From: Octopus vulgaris
Lineage: Eukaryota
Length of the DNA: 64,000 nt
Direction of reading: 5' to 3'
Assembly: GCA_951406725.2 (NCBI GenBank)
Contig: OX597820.1
Coordinates: 23,870,001 to 23,934,000 of the forward strand
A program made the translations under genes and the position numbers. The notes beneath the pieces are model-generated. The model had not been told where the DNA came from, searched no databases, and saw nothing but the letters and a program-made list of their open reading frames with translations. The stretch's first letter is position 1. Every line of letters starts with the position of its first letter. Below are positions 1 through 11,704 of the stretch, in pieces.

Positions 1-1225
1 ATATGTAACAGAACGATACAATTTGAAGGATATTTTGCTGCTATTTCTAGCATGTGAAATGACTATATAGGGGGTCCCTCAATAGCTAGGTTATATATAA
101 AGATGTAACAAACAGATGGGAATTATGACTTGATGTAAAACTTGAAAACAGAAATTAACTCTCTCTCTTCACGAAGTAAATTAAGAGTATCTTTTAGTCA
201 TTGTTGATCATAGGTTTCTACACCTGGAGAATCCCTCTTCGAGGTGCAAGCCTTTGCAATCACATGATTTCAGGTTAAGTTCCTATGTGCAGCACCACGA
301 GTAAGAAAATTTCTTTTGTAACACCAGACTGACCACTCATGGAACCTTGTGAGTGGATTTATCAGACAAAAACTGAAAGAAACCTGTCCTAGTCCTGTGC
401 TGAAGAAGACCCATACTCCACAGCAGAAGCGCTAAAGCTGCATCTCCTGGTGAAGAAGATTGGCTTGCAAGAGTTCTGTGCTGGTGCCATGTTAAGTGGT
501 TGGCATTAGGAAGGGCATCCAGCTATAGAAACCCGTGTGCAGACAATTCCCACACAGCCTCAGACTTAACACGGAGGCCTGCATCAAGTGCTTGGAGGAG
601 GTTGTGCTGCTCTGGGTCAAGAGGGTGGCTGCTGGAACATCCTATGTCTGGCAATAGGACTCTGCACCATACCTCACAATTGTCCTGTCAATAAATTGTC
701 TGTCTACCATAGAAACCAAACCAAATCAGACAGGAACCTGGTGCAGCTTTCTGGTTTGCCAGCTCTGGTCAAACTGTCCAGCCCATGCCAGCATAGAAAT
801 ATGAAAAATGGACATTAAAAGATGATGATGATATATATATATATATATATATATATATTGCAAACAATTTGCAGCTGCAAGTGCTAACAGTTGAAAGCTT
901 TAGTTGGTGCATGGCTATAGAAAAAGAAACTTGCTCATGATGCCATGCAGTGGGATTGAACCCACAGCTACATGATTGGGAAGCAAACTTCTTACCCACA
1001 CAGCCATGTGGGAAACTTTAGAGGATTGCTATGAAAGAAAGGAATAAACCAGAAGTAATTTAGCACAGTAAGTTTCATTCTTATTCAGACTTTCCAAACA
1101 GGAATGGAAACTGGGCCCAAAACTTCTAATTGATGGCAAAACTACTGTTCTGATACTGAATAAAATGGTCTGCTTATCTGATTTAAAAAAAAAAAAAAGG
1201 CAAGAATAACAACTTGATGACAAAC

Positions 1226-1422
1226 CTGTCTTCATCAGAAATAATAGAGATTTGGTTGATAAGTCTCTGCCAGAGTATTTCAGTTTTAACAATAGTAACC
1301 AATGACAAACGTGTGCCTGTTTTACTAGGTCGGCATTTGTCATAGCTGCAGTTTACAATGTCTCTTTCTAGTCTGGAAATTATTTGCAAGGAAGCATGGA
1401 GACTGCTGAGCTCAGCACATTG
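1226..1422 (-). CDS. FANCF: FANCF-like coding exon 4 (gene continues beyond the left edge)
   Basis: (CT)n TTTTCAG acceptor; QCAELSSLHASLQIISRLE...VKTEILWQRLINQISIISDED resembles FANCF KTQAELLLERL; probable AG|GTTTGT donor at 1225 (phase 2). Confidence 0.65.
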
Positions 1423-1477
1423 CTGAAAAGAGAGAGAGAGAGAGAAAAGTATAGGTTGTCTAGTAAGTCTAGTGTGT

Positions 1478-1780
1478 TATTACCTCCGCCTTAGCAAAGG
1501 CAGAGGTATTGTTTTCAGTTGTGTTTGTTTGTTTGTCAGTGGACAAAGTATCTCAAGAACTGCTGGGTGGATTCGAATGGAACTTTCAGGGATGTTTGGC
1601 CTTCTGACTGGCATGAACTGATTAGATTTTGGGATCAATCCAGTACCGGACAAGGATTCTGGATTATTTTCCCATTTTTTAAACTTAATTTTTGAGAGCA
1701 GTTGAATTATTTCAGATATTCTCATTTTAAAAATCATCTCTGGCTAATTGTTACGCGGATGCTGGTGTTGTCTTGTTTAG
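1478..1780 (+). mobile_element. Helentron-associated / DINE-1-like non-autonomous element
   Basis: Starts TTATTACCTCCGCC...GGCAGAGGT (subterminal inverted repeat), followed by a (GTTT)n/GTC microsatellite core and a GATC-rich hairpin region. Confidence 0.55.
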
Positions 1781-1887
1781 AATAATTTCAGCACAAACAC
1801 ATTGTAATTGTTTTTAAAAAGTAGTTAATGGCAAATTGGTAAAGCATCAGATGAAATACCTTGCTATTTGGTGACTGTCATTTATGT

Positions 1888-2100
1888 GGAAGTGCATAGT
1901 TTAGTGGTTAGGGTGTTGGACTCATGATTGTAAGATTATGGTTTTGATTCCTTGACTGAGCACATTGTTCCAGTCCACTCAGCAAGCAAAAATGAGTAAT
2001 TCTGTGATAGACTAGCATCCTGTCAGGGGTGGAATTTATATGCCATGAAACTGGGAAATGGGCCCTTATGAGTCGGCATGACCCGAGAAGGTAACTTTTT
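1888..2100 (+). mobile_element. tRNA-head CORE-type SINE (family B), diverged
   Basis: AGTGGTTAGGGTG A-box head, CCAGTCCACTCAGC core and GAAACTGGGAAA tail shared with the 61778 copies. Confidence 0.7.
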
Positions 2101-2354
2101 TTCTTACTGTCATTTATGGTCTGATTTCAAATCCTATCCAGATTGATTATACTTTACATCAGTGGCTAGCCACTGCTTTACACCCTCTAAAATAGATAAA
2201 ACTTAGATAATGTAGTTAGAGTTGGAGATAGTCTGGAAATAAGAAGGGATGGCCATGGCCAAGGTGTGTTTGAGAATAGGTTAACTCTTTAGTATTCAGA
2301 TTACTCTGTCACACATAATGCTCATTTATTAACATGGCTTTATGTTGTAGCTCT

Positions 2355-2508
2355 TTCGTTCAGAGTTCAAATTCCGCTGAGGTCAGTCAACTTTACCTTT
2401 CATCCTTTTGGGATCGATAAATTAAGTACCAGTTAATTACTGGAGTTGATGTAATTGACTATCCACCCCCCAAAAAAATTTCAGGCCTTGTGCCTATAAT
2501 AGAAAGGA
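2355..2508 (+). mobile_element. 5'-truncated SINE family A (tail type 2)
   Basis: GAGTTCAAATTCC B-box and body; flanked by 15-bp direct repeat TTATGTTGTAGCTCT (2340-2354, 2509-2523). Confidence 0.85.
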
Positions 2509-2556
2509 TTATGTTGTAGCTCTGAGATTTTGACAATGTGATTGTTTTCTGAATAA

Positions 2557-3096
2557 GGATCTTTACCTTTTGACGTACAGATTTAAAAAATAACTTTTTG
2601 TAACTAACCACTTTCAAACTTCAGACACTGGTAGAATGTGTCATATAAAATATGTTTTACTCTTAGCATTTTTGAGAAAAACTTATATTTACGAAGTTAT
2701 TTCACGTTAAAGTTCTTGTATTTCAGTAATTTCAACTAATCAATGACATGTATTCAGCTGAATAAAATTACTGCTGTTGTTTTGACAACAAGAACTTCCA
2801 GCGGTGTATTTTTCGTTTGTCACTGTTATTTATGACAACCCTAACCCTAAAACCTTAAAACCAGCACAAACAAATGAACAAAGTCATAAATAACAGTGAC
2901 AAACGAAAAATACACTGCTAAAATTTTCGAAATACGAGAACTTTAACGTGAAATAACTTTGTAAATATAAGTTTTTCTCAAAAATGCTAAGAGTAAAACA
3001 TGTTTTATATGACACATTCTACCAGTGTCCGAAGTTTGGAAGTGTTTAGTTACAAAAAATTATTTTTTAAATCTCTAGGTCGAAAGGTAAAGATCC
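2557..3096. mobile_element. Merlin-like MITE with long TIRs
   Basis: GGATCTTTACC...GGTAAAGATCC termini with about 165-bp inverted arms; 8-bp TSD CTGAATAA/CTGAATGA; central CCCTAACCCTAA. Confidence 0.8.
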
Positions 3097-3449
3097 CTGA
3101 ATGATATTGTAGGGAAGGTGTGAGAGGCTAGACCTGGCCAGTTTAAACATAAAACAGAATATTTGGGCTAGATATGGCTAGTTTGAATGCTAAAGGGTTA
3201 ACATGATTGCAGCAGTGCTGGTTCTACCCTTTCCCCTACTGTAGCTGATGTATATGATGAGGGCAATAACACCCGAAACAGTAGATTATCAGGTCAAATG
3301 AATAGCGGTATTTAGCTTTATCTCTTTATGTATCAAGTTCAAATTCCACTGAGGTCAACTCCTTTTGTTTTTCAGAGAAATTGAATGTAAATGCCCGTTT
3401 CTTGTTAGGCGAGCCAAACAATAATAAAAAGTTACTGCAAAACTCTTAC

Positions 3450-3536
3450 CTTGATGATAATTTCCTTTTCTCCCAGGGAAATTTGAATAAGTTCCTCAAA
3501 TAATTCCTCTGGAAGATGACAATTACAGAACAGCAA
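3450..3536 (-). CDS. FANCF: FANCF-like coding exon 3
   Basis: Strong polypyrimidine tract + TTTCAG acceptor and AAG|GTAAGA donor; 87 nt; LLFCNCHLPEELFEELIQISLGEKEIIIK corresponds to the FANCF LLxNxxL region. Confidence 0.75.
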
Positions 3537-4377
3537 CTGAAATGTGAAAAGAAAGAAAATAAGTGTAAGGCACTTCAGCATCATTGTTTTAACATCCACC
3601 ACTTTTCCATGCTTGCATGGGTTGGATGGAATTTGTTGAGGCAGATTTTCTACAGTTGGATGCCCTTCCTGTCACCGACACAAGACATGTTTCCACTGAA
3701 AATTGGAAATGAAACACTTTGCTTGCATGGTGACAATTGTTTACAACAATCATGTGATATGAAGGCAAGGACACAACAAAACGTAAAAACACACACTCCT
3801 CTCCTCCTTTAAACATCTGTTTTCCATGCTGGCATGGGTTGGACAGTTTGAGCAGGGCACAGGTTGGCATTAGGAAAGGCATCCAGCTGTAGAAACAAGT
3901 CAAATCAGACTGGAATCTGGTACAACTCCTCAGCTTAGGTAAAATTGTCTGATCCAACTCTTTCACTAATCCCTTCTTTCTCCAGTGTTTTCTGTCATAA
4001 TCCTCCATTCTCCCTTCTTACACACCATCCCTCATCCCTCAACAACACAGAAACATACCAACTAGCCTCCAAAAAATGTGTGTGTGTGAGAGAGAGAGAG
4101 AGCCTCTTCATAGTTATTTGACCAGCAATCAGTTCTCAAAATCACATCACACCATTTTAAAAAGGAAGGGCACATTAGACAATGAAGTCATTGATATAGA
4201 AAAAGGGAGCGCATTCACATCTTTGATCACAGGTCTGCTTGACCAGGGCTGATCCGGAATGAAACATTACCACCGCCGCCGCTGCCACCACCACCACCAC
4301 CACCGCCACCACTATCACCACAACCATCACCACCACTGCCACCATCAACACCACCACTACCACTTTAACATACTAAC

Positions 4378-4521
4378 TTGTCTTAGATTGTCAGTGGCTT
4401 TGTCCAGAAACTGAAGGTTAAGGTCTCCACATATCAAAGGGGATGACTGCACTGCATTCAGCTTTATGAGTTGTTGGTCGAATACTTCCTTATAAGGTTT
4501 TTTAATCACTTGTTTATAGAT
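4378..4521 (-). CDS. FANCF: FANCF-like coding exon 2
   Basis: TTTCAG acceptor and CAA|GTTAGT donor; 144 nt, phase 0/0; IYKQVIKKPYKEVFDQQLIKLNAVQSSPLICGDLNLQFLDKATDNLRQ is open and in frame with exon 1. Confidence 0.75.
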
Positions 4522-4611
4522 CTGAAATATATCAAGAAGGAAATTAAACATAAAGTGTGTATGTATATATTTCATGTTGAAGTGGTACATGGAACCAGAA
4601 TTTTCTGACTT

Positions 4612-4990
4612 GATCGGGGCATGAACACTGATAAGATTGACTGGCCCATCAGAAGAGTGCAGTCGGAGTGAGAGTATCCACTCCAAACCATTGTTGCTGA
4701 GTTCTGCTAACTTCAGCAGCACACTCTGTGGAGTAAATGCAGCACCTTGTGGACAAATTCTCAAAGGCCTGCCAGGAATTCAGCCTGACTATCAGTCTGA
4801 AAAAGACCAATGTACTGGGCCAAGGTGTCAACCACACCCTGCACCATCAACAACTACAAGCTGGAGATAGTCCATGAATTCACCTACTTTGGCTCTACCG
4901 CCTCTGATGACCTCTCCCTGGACCTTGAGATCAGTGGGTGAATTGGACGAGCATCCTCCTCATTTACAAGGCTCATAGAGCCTGGGAAAA
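4612..4990. mobile_element. RTE-clade LINE remnants in two orientations
   Basis: Minus 4612-4717 gives ILSLRLHSSDGPVNLISVHAP (APE endonuclease). Plus 4718-4990 gives QHLVDKFSKACQEFSLTISLKKT...HEFTYFGS...IGRASSSF (RT). Confidence 0.7.
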
Positions 4991-5360
4991 ATATGAATAA
5001 GCATATACTGATACATTAACAAGAAGACCTGTATTCCACCGCAGAAGTGTTAAGACCAATCCCTGTGTTGGTGTAAAACACTTGTGGTGGTGCCATGTAA
5101 AAGTGCCCACGGGGTGTCACATAAAAGCACCTGTACGGTGGCATGTAAAAGTGCATTTGCAGTGCCACGTTGAAAGCACCCAGCACAATATGAGTAGTTG
5201 GCATTAGGAAGGGCACCTAGCTGTAGAAACCATGCCAAATCAGACTGGAATCTGGTGCAGCTCTGATGAAACCATCCAACTCATGGACAATGGATGTTAA
5301 ATGAAGATGATGATTAACAGAGTAACAAAAAAAGCGGAGAGTTTTATATTGAAATATTAC

Positions 5361-5489
5361 CTCTTTGCAATAAGCTGCCCAGTGGAGAGCATTTTGTAAA
5401 GAATCCTTGTTCCAAGTTGCTACTTCCTCTGTGCTAGCTTGCTGTAAGATCTTGGTGAAGAAATATATATTTTTCAAAAATGTAGACAT
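5361..5489 (-). CDS. FANCF: FANCF-like (Fanconi anemia group F) first coding exon
   Basis: MSTFLKNIYFFTKILQQASTEEVATWNKDSLQNALHWAAYCKE resembles the FANCF N-terminus (human MESLLQHLDRFSELLAVSSTTYVSTWDPATVRRALQWARYL, recalled). T-tract+CAG acceptor at 5500-5498 just upstream of the ATG; GAG|GTAATA donor at 5360; phase 0. Confidence 0.8.
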
Positions 5490-5526
5490 AATTGAATCTG
5501 AAAAAAAAAAGACAAAAAACAGAATG

Positions 5527-5925
5527 GAGTGGCTGTGTGGTAAGTAGCTTGCTTACCAGCCACATGGCTCCGGGTTCAGTCCCACTGCGTGGCATCTTGG
5601 GCAAGTGTCTTCTACTATAGCCTCGGGCTGACCAAAGCCTTGTGAGTGGATATGGTAGACGGGAACTGAAAGAAGCCTGTCGTATATGTATATATATATG
5701 CATGTGTGTGTATATGTTTGTGTGTCTGTGTTTGTCCCCCTAACATTGCTTGACAACCAACGCTGGTGTGTTTATGTCCCCGTAACTTAGCAGTTTGGCA
5801 AAAAGAGACCAATAGAATAAGTACTAGGCTAAGAAAGAATAAGTCCTGGGGTCGATTTGCTCGACTAAAAAGGCTGTGCTCCACCATGGCCACAGTCAAA
5901 TGACTGAAACATGTAAAAGAATAAA
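5527..5925 (+). mobile_element. tRNA-derived SINE family C with internal microsatellite
   Basis: TGGCTGTGTGGTAAG A-box, GGTTCAGTCCC B-box, CTTGGGCAAGTG core, internal (TA/TG)n, tail CATGGCCxCAGTCAAATGACTGAAACAxGTAAAAG. Confidence 0.85.
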
Positions 5926-6164
5926 AGGGCAAATGAAAGAATTTACATACAGACATATTATGCCATCATTGTTGTCATTTGTTCCCAGTCATCAGCGAAA
6001 ACAGGTCTGGCTAAGATGAAATTGGAAACATGATGGTTGATGACAAAAAGCGCTATAGTAAATTTTCCTCAACTAATTCCATCTAACTCATGCAAGCATG
6101 GAAAAGGGGATGTTAAAATGACAACGACGATGGAGCATGAACACCTTCACTAATGAAGTAAATC

Positions 6165-6355
6165 ATCATCATCATCATCATCATCGTTTAACGTCCGCTT
6201 TCCATGCTAGCATGGGTTGGACGATTTGACTAAGGTCTGGCGAACCAGATGGCTGCACCAGGCTCCTGTCTTGATCTGGCAGAGTTTCTACAGCTGGATG
6301 GCCTTCCTAATGCCAACCACTCTGAGAGTGTAGTGGGTGCTTTTTATGTGCCACC
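6165..6355 (-). mobile_element. Retroposon 3' fragment ending in (GAT)n (family D)
   Basis: TGGCATTAGGAAGG...CCCATGCTAGCATGGAAAGCGGACGTTAAACGATGATG; related copies at about 500-830, 3590-3960 and 5190-5315. Confidence 0.65.
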
Positions 6356-6822
6356 GAATATTAATATAAAGTCATGTGGAGACAAACAACAACAAAACAC
6401 ACACATATGATGGACTCTAATACAACGGATTTCAGTCACAAGGCGTTAGTCAACCTTAGGTCATAGTAAGAAACTGTTGTTCAAGGTAGCTACATAGTAG
6501 GATCAAACCTGGAACTAGGTGGTTGTGAAGTGTACTACTTAACCACAGTCATACATGGATCTAGATGAACTCATAAAGATAGACGACAGAGAACAGAGAA
6601 AGATGTGTAGGACTTAATGCATTGCCCAGTTTAACTTCACCACTTTGGGTGCCTTTAGTGGATCCTATTCTTGTAAGCATGAGGCAGGGCTGTCTTAGCA
6701 GTTTTATAAGCCCAGGACAAATCAATGTATTGGGCACTGTACTCGTGAGGTCCTTGGGTAACTGTCCACCGCGACAATACCTTAAGGTGGCACTAGGATC
6801 AGGTCTGAGGATATCTAATTGT

Positions 6823-6987
6823 GGCGTAACTTCGGTATACGTACTGGAAGTACCGATTACATTTCAAGAAAGTGTTTTTTTTTAAATATATGGGGGTGGG
6901 TTACGGTTAGGAGTGGGAGAAAAGGGTTTCTGTCATCTTCAGAAATGTAAACAAATCCACTTCGGGTACGTATACCGAAGGATCGCC
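6823..6987. mobile_element. Merlin-like MITE (165 bp)
   Basis: TIRs GGCGTAACTTCGGTATACGTAC / GTACGTATACCGAAGGATCGCC; perfect 8-bp TSD CTAATTGT; internal GGGTTACGGTTAGG. Confidence 0.85.
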
Positions 6988-7959
6988 CTAATTGTTATAT
7001 TTCGGTATGGTCATTTTTCCCTCTTGCCAAATAAACACACGCACTATATATTCGTCCTGCATTATTTTTCTTGTTTTATCCTATGTTCATTGTCTGGAAA
7101 TCTTTTGTCACACATCTGTGACCTCTCAGCGACTCTTCCATCCACGTTTTTCCTGTTCTGTTTAGTCCATTCTGTCTCTCTAGGCTTATCTACGCATGCG
7201 TTTGTGTGTCTCTCTCTCTGTGTACGTGTGTCTATGTTGTTTTGTATGTGTGTGTATGGGTTTGCTTACTATATTATTTGTATCCGTGCCCTTCATATAA
7301 ATTTTTTTTCCCTACGAGCCTAATAGACTGTGTAAAGGGTCATGGACACTACTTTCTCTTGACTAAAAGTTATAATACAAACGAAACAAGGGTTGAAGTG
7401 TGAGACTAAAATGGAACATAGAAAGGCTATAAAAATACAAAGAAATGTGAGAGGTATCAAGTGTCTAAGATATGTAATGGAACAGACGACAATTGGTTTT
7501 AGTATTTCGTGCAAAATGTTGGGCTATGTTGTGTTGCATCCATCCCTGATGATTAAAGACATTTCAGCCCAAACCATCCCCACTTTTTTTTAGGTGCATA
7601 TAGGACTACATAGTTTAATATGTCATTTCCTTTTCCAAGACGGTAAAGTGTGATTTGAAGGAGATTGGACTACAATTTCTAGCAGATGGTGCGACCACAT
7701 AGAAACTCCGTCTTTGACTCATTCGAGGAATCTGATTTGAACAGTGCAAAGCGTAAACAAGAAATTATGTAAGTTTAAATGTTAGGACAATAAACAAATA
7801 GGGCATCGTTTATGTATGAATAAAATATTCCAAAAAATTGCTTAGTATGGCTAGTATAAATTTATAGAGTAATTACAAAATGAAATACCGTGAAGACATA
7901 AAGGTAAACAATCCGGTTTGAAATTTGCAATTCAGCGCCATACAACTGCACGGTGCCCA

Positions 7960-8030
7960 CCGAATATTTACCTCGTTAAAAAGAAGCCCGACTACAAGTT
8001 CGATTTCTTGCATAAATACCCTGATAGCTT
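7960..8030 (-). promoter_or_regulatory. Candidate non-coding first exon/promoter of the FANCF-like gene
   Basis: The ATG exon has a splice acceptor, so an upstream exon is needed. GAG|GTAAAT donor at 7971 lies in a CpG-containing non-repeat patch next to GACTACAAGTTC, which resembles the ZNF143/ACTACA promoter motif. Confidence 0.3.
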
Positions 8031-8783
8031 TTCTTTAAGAAAGAAAAAAAATTAATTATGCCAAATTCATTACTTCACTGGTTTTTTTAAATATTTATTT
8101 TATCAATCGTAAAGCCGACGGTAGACTGTCGTAACTGCGGATGTGTGCCCCACCGGATTTGTTTCTTTACAACTTTCTGAGAAATGCATATTTTTAAAAT
8201 AAATTTTCCAAAGATATATTTTGGATAGTGGAGATTAAAGGTTACATCGGAATTCGTGAAATTTTGTTTTCGGAGGAGTAGTAAAATGTTTCGGATCATT
8301 CACACACCTCGATTTGTTTCCTCATAACTTTCTGAAAACTGGATAAATTTTTTAAATAGAATTTTCTACAAATACGTTTCATATGGTGTAGATTACAATC
8401 ATGTCGGAATTTGATGTGGAAAAAATTTGGGGGTGGGACGGATAATTCACACACTTTGACTTTGTTTCCTCATGCGTTTTGATGACATGTGTGATTTACC
8501 CTCTGCCCATTGCATTTATTTTTTGTCACATAAAATTGCAATATAATCGCTATCTGCATCATTTGAAACGGAATTGTTGAACATTCTATTAAAAAAATTA
8601 TCTATTTTCCAGAAAGTTATGAGGAAATAAAGTCGGGTGGGGGCACACATATTTACTTATGCCAGGGGTTTTCAGAAAAGTTGTTCTACATAAGTCGGAA
8701 TTTCGTTTTTTCCCATCGGGATTTTTCTAATTTTCTTTTCTTTTTTTTTGTATCCCACATTGCAAAACAATGATGGGAAGTCT

Positions 8784-8786
<3 letters not shown>

Positions 8787-8833
<47 letters not shown>

Positions 8834-9045
8834 TATTATTATTATTTCTTTACTGCCCACAAGGGGCTACACATAGAGGGGACAAACAAGGACAGACAAA
8901 CGGATTAAGTCGATTATACCGACCCCAGTGCGTAACTGGTACTAATCGACCCCGAAAGGATGAAAGGCAAAGTCGACCTCGGCAGAATTTGAACTCAAAG
9001 CATAAAGCCAGAAGAAATGTTGCTAAGCGATAACGATTCTGCCAT
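8787..9045 (-). mobile_element. SINE family A (tail type 1) with (TAA)n at its 3' end
   Basis: Body GTCGACTTTGCCTTTCATCCTTTCGGGGTCGAT and tail GTCTGTCCTTGTTTGTCCCCTCT. Confidence 0.85.
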
Positions 9046-9589
9046 GTTCTCCAAACGTCTGCCCTTTTAACTCACTGAGCCTTCACGATAACAACAACCA
9101 TTATTTTTTCTTTCTGTTATTTGACGGCATTTTATTTTAGGCATACCCTCCCCGCCGACTTTGTTTCTTCATAACTTTCAGAAAAATGGATAGTTTTTAA
9201 TGAAATTTTCTGCAAATATGCTTCAGATGATGTAGATTCCGATTAAATTGGAATTTGTCATGAATTCGTTTTTTTTGGTGTTGGGAGAGGAGTTTCGGAA
9301 AATTCACACGATTCAGCTTTGCTTCCTTATAGCGTTCAGAAAAGTGAGTATCTACAAATGACTTTCAATGTGTAGATTACAATTATACTGGAATCATTTA
9401 ATACGAAAAAAAGAAAAAAAAAAAAAAGAAAGAAGTTTGTCGCACAAACATATATGCTGATACACATCACATATATCTATAAAATGAAACTTGAAATTTC
9501 GAAAAATATTGTGATGTGTGTCAGTATGTATGTGTGCGTGCCCACGGTTTTTTTTTTGCCCACATTAAATTCTGATATAATAGTGATTT

Positions 9590-9706
9590 ACACACTCTGA
9601 AAGATATTTGTTGAAGAAGACGGTGGATGAGTATATATAAATACATTGACACACTCTGAAAGATATTTGTAGAAGAAGACGGTGGATGAGTATATATATA
9701 CATTGA
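9590..9706 (+). repeat. Near-perfect tandem duplication, ~59-bp period
   Basis: ACACACTCTGAAAGATATTTG...GAAGAAGACGGTGGATGAGTATATATA...TACATTG twice. Confidence 0.85.
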
Positions 9707-11339
9707 CACATATCACATATATAATTACAAAATTAAACTTGAAATTTTGAAAAAGAAATATATATTGTGTGTCAGTATGTATGTGCGCGCACCCGCCAAT
9801 TTTTTTTCACATTAAATTCAAATGTAATCGTAACCTACACCATCTGAAAGGTATTTGCAGAAAGTTTCATTAAAATATACGCATTTTTCTGAGAGCTATG
9901 TGGGGTAACACAGTCGTCTTGTGTGAATTATCCAAACCTTTTTCCTACCCGAAATAATTTTACAACAAATTGAGATGTAATCGGAACCTACACCAATTTA
10001 TAGGAAATCATATTAAAATATATCCATTTTCCTGTTATGATGGAACAAAGACGGTGGGGTTGACTCACCTGTGCAGGTATGTCTATATTGAGAACCCACT
10101 GGAGTCAGCTTTAGTCTTTTATTGTTGTTGAATTTCTATATCTGACGCTTAGTAGGAATATCAAATTGACTCAGTATTTGACTAGTTACTTTATTTTACT
10201 GATTCTAGAAGCATGATCTCGGCGAAATTTGTACCCAAAATATAAAGCAACATAACTAAGTACTACAAATCCAATGCTGTGTCTGCCATTTCTAAGACTT
10301 GATGTAGTATTTTATCAATTCAGTATTGAACGAATGGTTTAATATTAATCAGCTATGTTATTTCAATTTCAATGAAATACTTTGTACCAAATCCCAAAGG
10401 AATAATGATCAGTTACAAAGTAACGCGTAAAAATGCAAAACAAAATCAGTGATGGGAAAAATTGTGGCAAATAAGAGTAGTCTCCCCTAGATCTAATTCA
10501 TCAGAAATAGTTATCTCCCTTAAAATTAACAGCGAGCCAATAAAGGAGTCTTAAAATGCTTGTTCGACTTGTTAGAAACAGCAATCAAATCCCCCTTAAA
10601 GAGAAACACAAAAAAAAAAAAAAAAAGAAAAAGAAGGAAAAACAGCAGCAATAGAAGCAGCAGTTGTAGTAGTCAGCATATGAACGGGAAGACGACAATA
10701 CAAACCGTTTCAATACCGACGAGACAGCGAGCCTATTGGAAATAGCAGCCAAATCATCCTTAAACCAGGCCCTATATTCTTGAGAAGTGAAGGACATATT
10801 TGTTAATGAAAACAAAGTCCTAGATATGTAATGTTCGAAAGAAGGATGAGGATGGTCATGGCTGGAACACATTTGATCAGAGATTTGTTCAATCGAACAA
10901 GAACGATAACAACTTCACCACCACCACAGCCACCACCACCACCACCACCACCACCACCACCATTGTCATGATAATCATGATCATTATTGTCATCATGGTC
11001 ATGATGATGAATTATTAATTTACTCAGCAAGAAGAACATCAAACCCGTCAAATTGATTGAACTTTGGCTGCCCGCAATGCAGCTTCCTTCTTCCAGATCA
11101 ATAAAAGATGTGCAACACTAGAGATGTTAAACACAATGGCCCATGGTAATGTTTAGTCTAGCCTTCGGTTCGGTTATATATAATTCAGAATGGTCAGTGA
11201 TGTGTTTGTTTATGAACAACATAAACAAATACAGGTGTTTTATTAAGCTAGGTATGATTTGGATCAATCTGTGACTGAAACAAGTTAATTATACAACATA
11301 AATTCTTGATTAATTAAAATCCTCACCACATATCTATTA

Positions 11340-11650
11340 TACTTTGTTTTTGTACCTGGTTTGCAAGATTCTTTATTTGAACTCGTGTGTTGAAGCAAAT
11401 TATGTTGTGGCTGGGGTAGAATCACATTGTCATACTGCCTTATTATTTAACACACTCACCAGTTCGATTTCCACTCATTTATTATTTATATATTTTTCTT
11501 CCAAAAATTTTGTTGTTTCTGCAACCTTATCAATTGATATTAAGGTTGCAAAAACAACGAACATTTTGGAAGTAAAGTATAGATAATAAATGAGTAGAAA
11601 TCGAACCGATGAGTATGCTAGATAGTAAGGCATTATGGCAATATGACTCC
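11340..11650. repeat. Inverted pair of a dispersed ~200-bp repeat (also at 20368-20550 and 24953-25135)
   Basis: AAGGTTGCAAGACGCAACGAAAATTTTAGG...GAATCTTGCAAACCAAATCC family; here head-to-head around 11530. Confidence 0.65.
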
Positions 11651-11704
11651 CCGATCTTATGGCTAAGATCAAGTTCTAATAACTACTTTTAACAGTTATA
11701 TATA

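Larger units (their letters stand above)
2281..3201. mobile_element. piggyBac-type MITE with a nested SINE and a nested Merlin-like MITE
   Basis: Ends TTAACTCTTTAGTATTC ... GAATGCTAAAGGGTTAA (TTAA flanks); an uninterrupted relative lies at about 45809-46022. Confidence 0.7.
8100..10070. repeat. Degenerate ~150-bp unit repeated in both orientations (foldback-like)
   Basis: Motif CATAACTTTCTGAAAA...GAAATTTTCT...GTGTAGATTAC...CGGAATTT forward at about 8165, 8320, 9170, 9325 and reversed at about 8560-8640, 9810-9900, 9960-10040. Confidence 0.6.

Noticed and set aside
1029-1225. Continuation of FANCF via a 48-nt intron (1225-1178) or via ORF 1029-1343
   Set aside because: Splicing there gives an immediate TAA, and the downstream peptide has no FANCF C-terminal motifs; the next exon is more likely outside the window.
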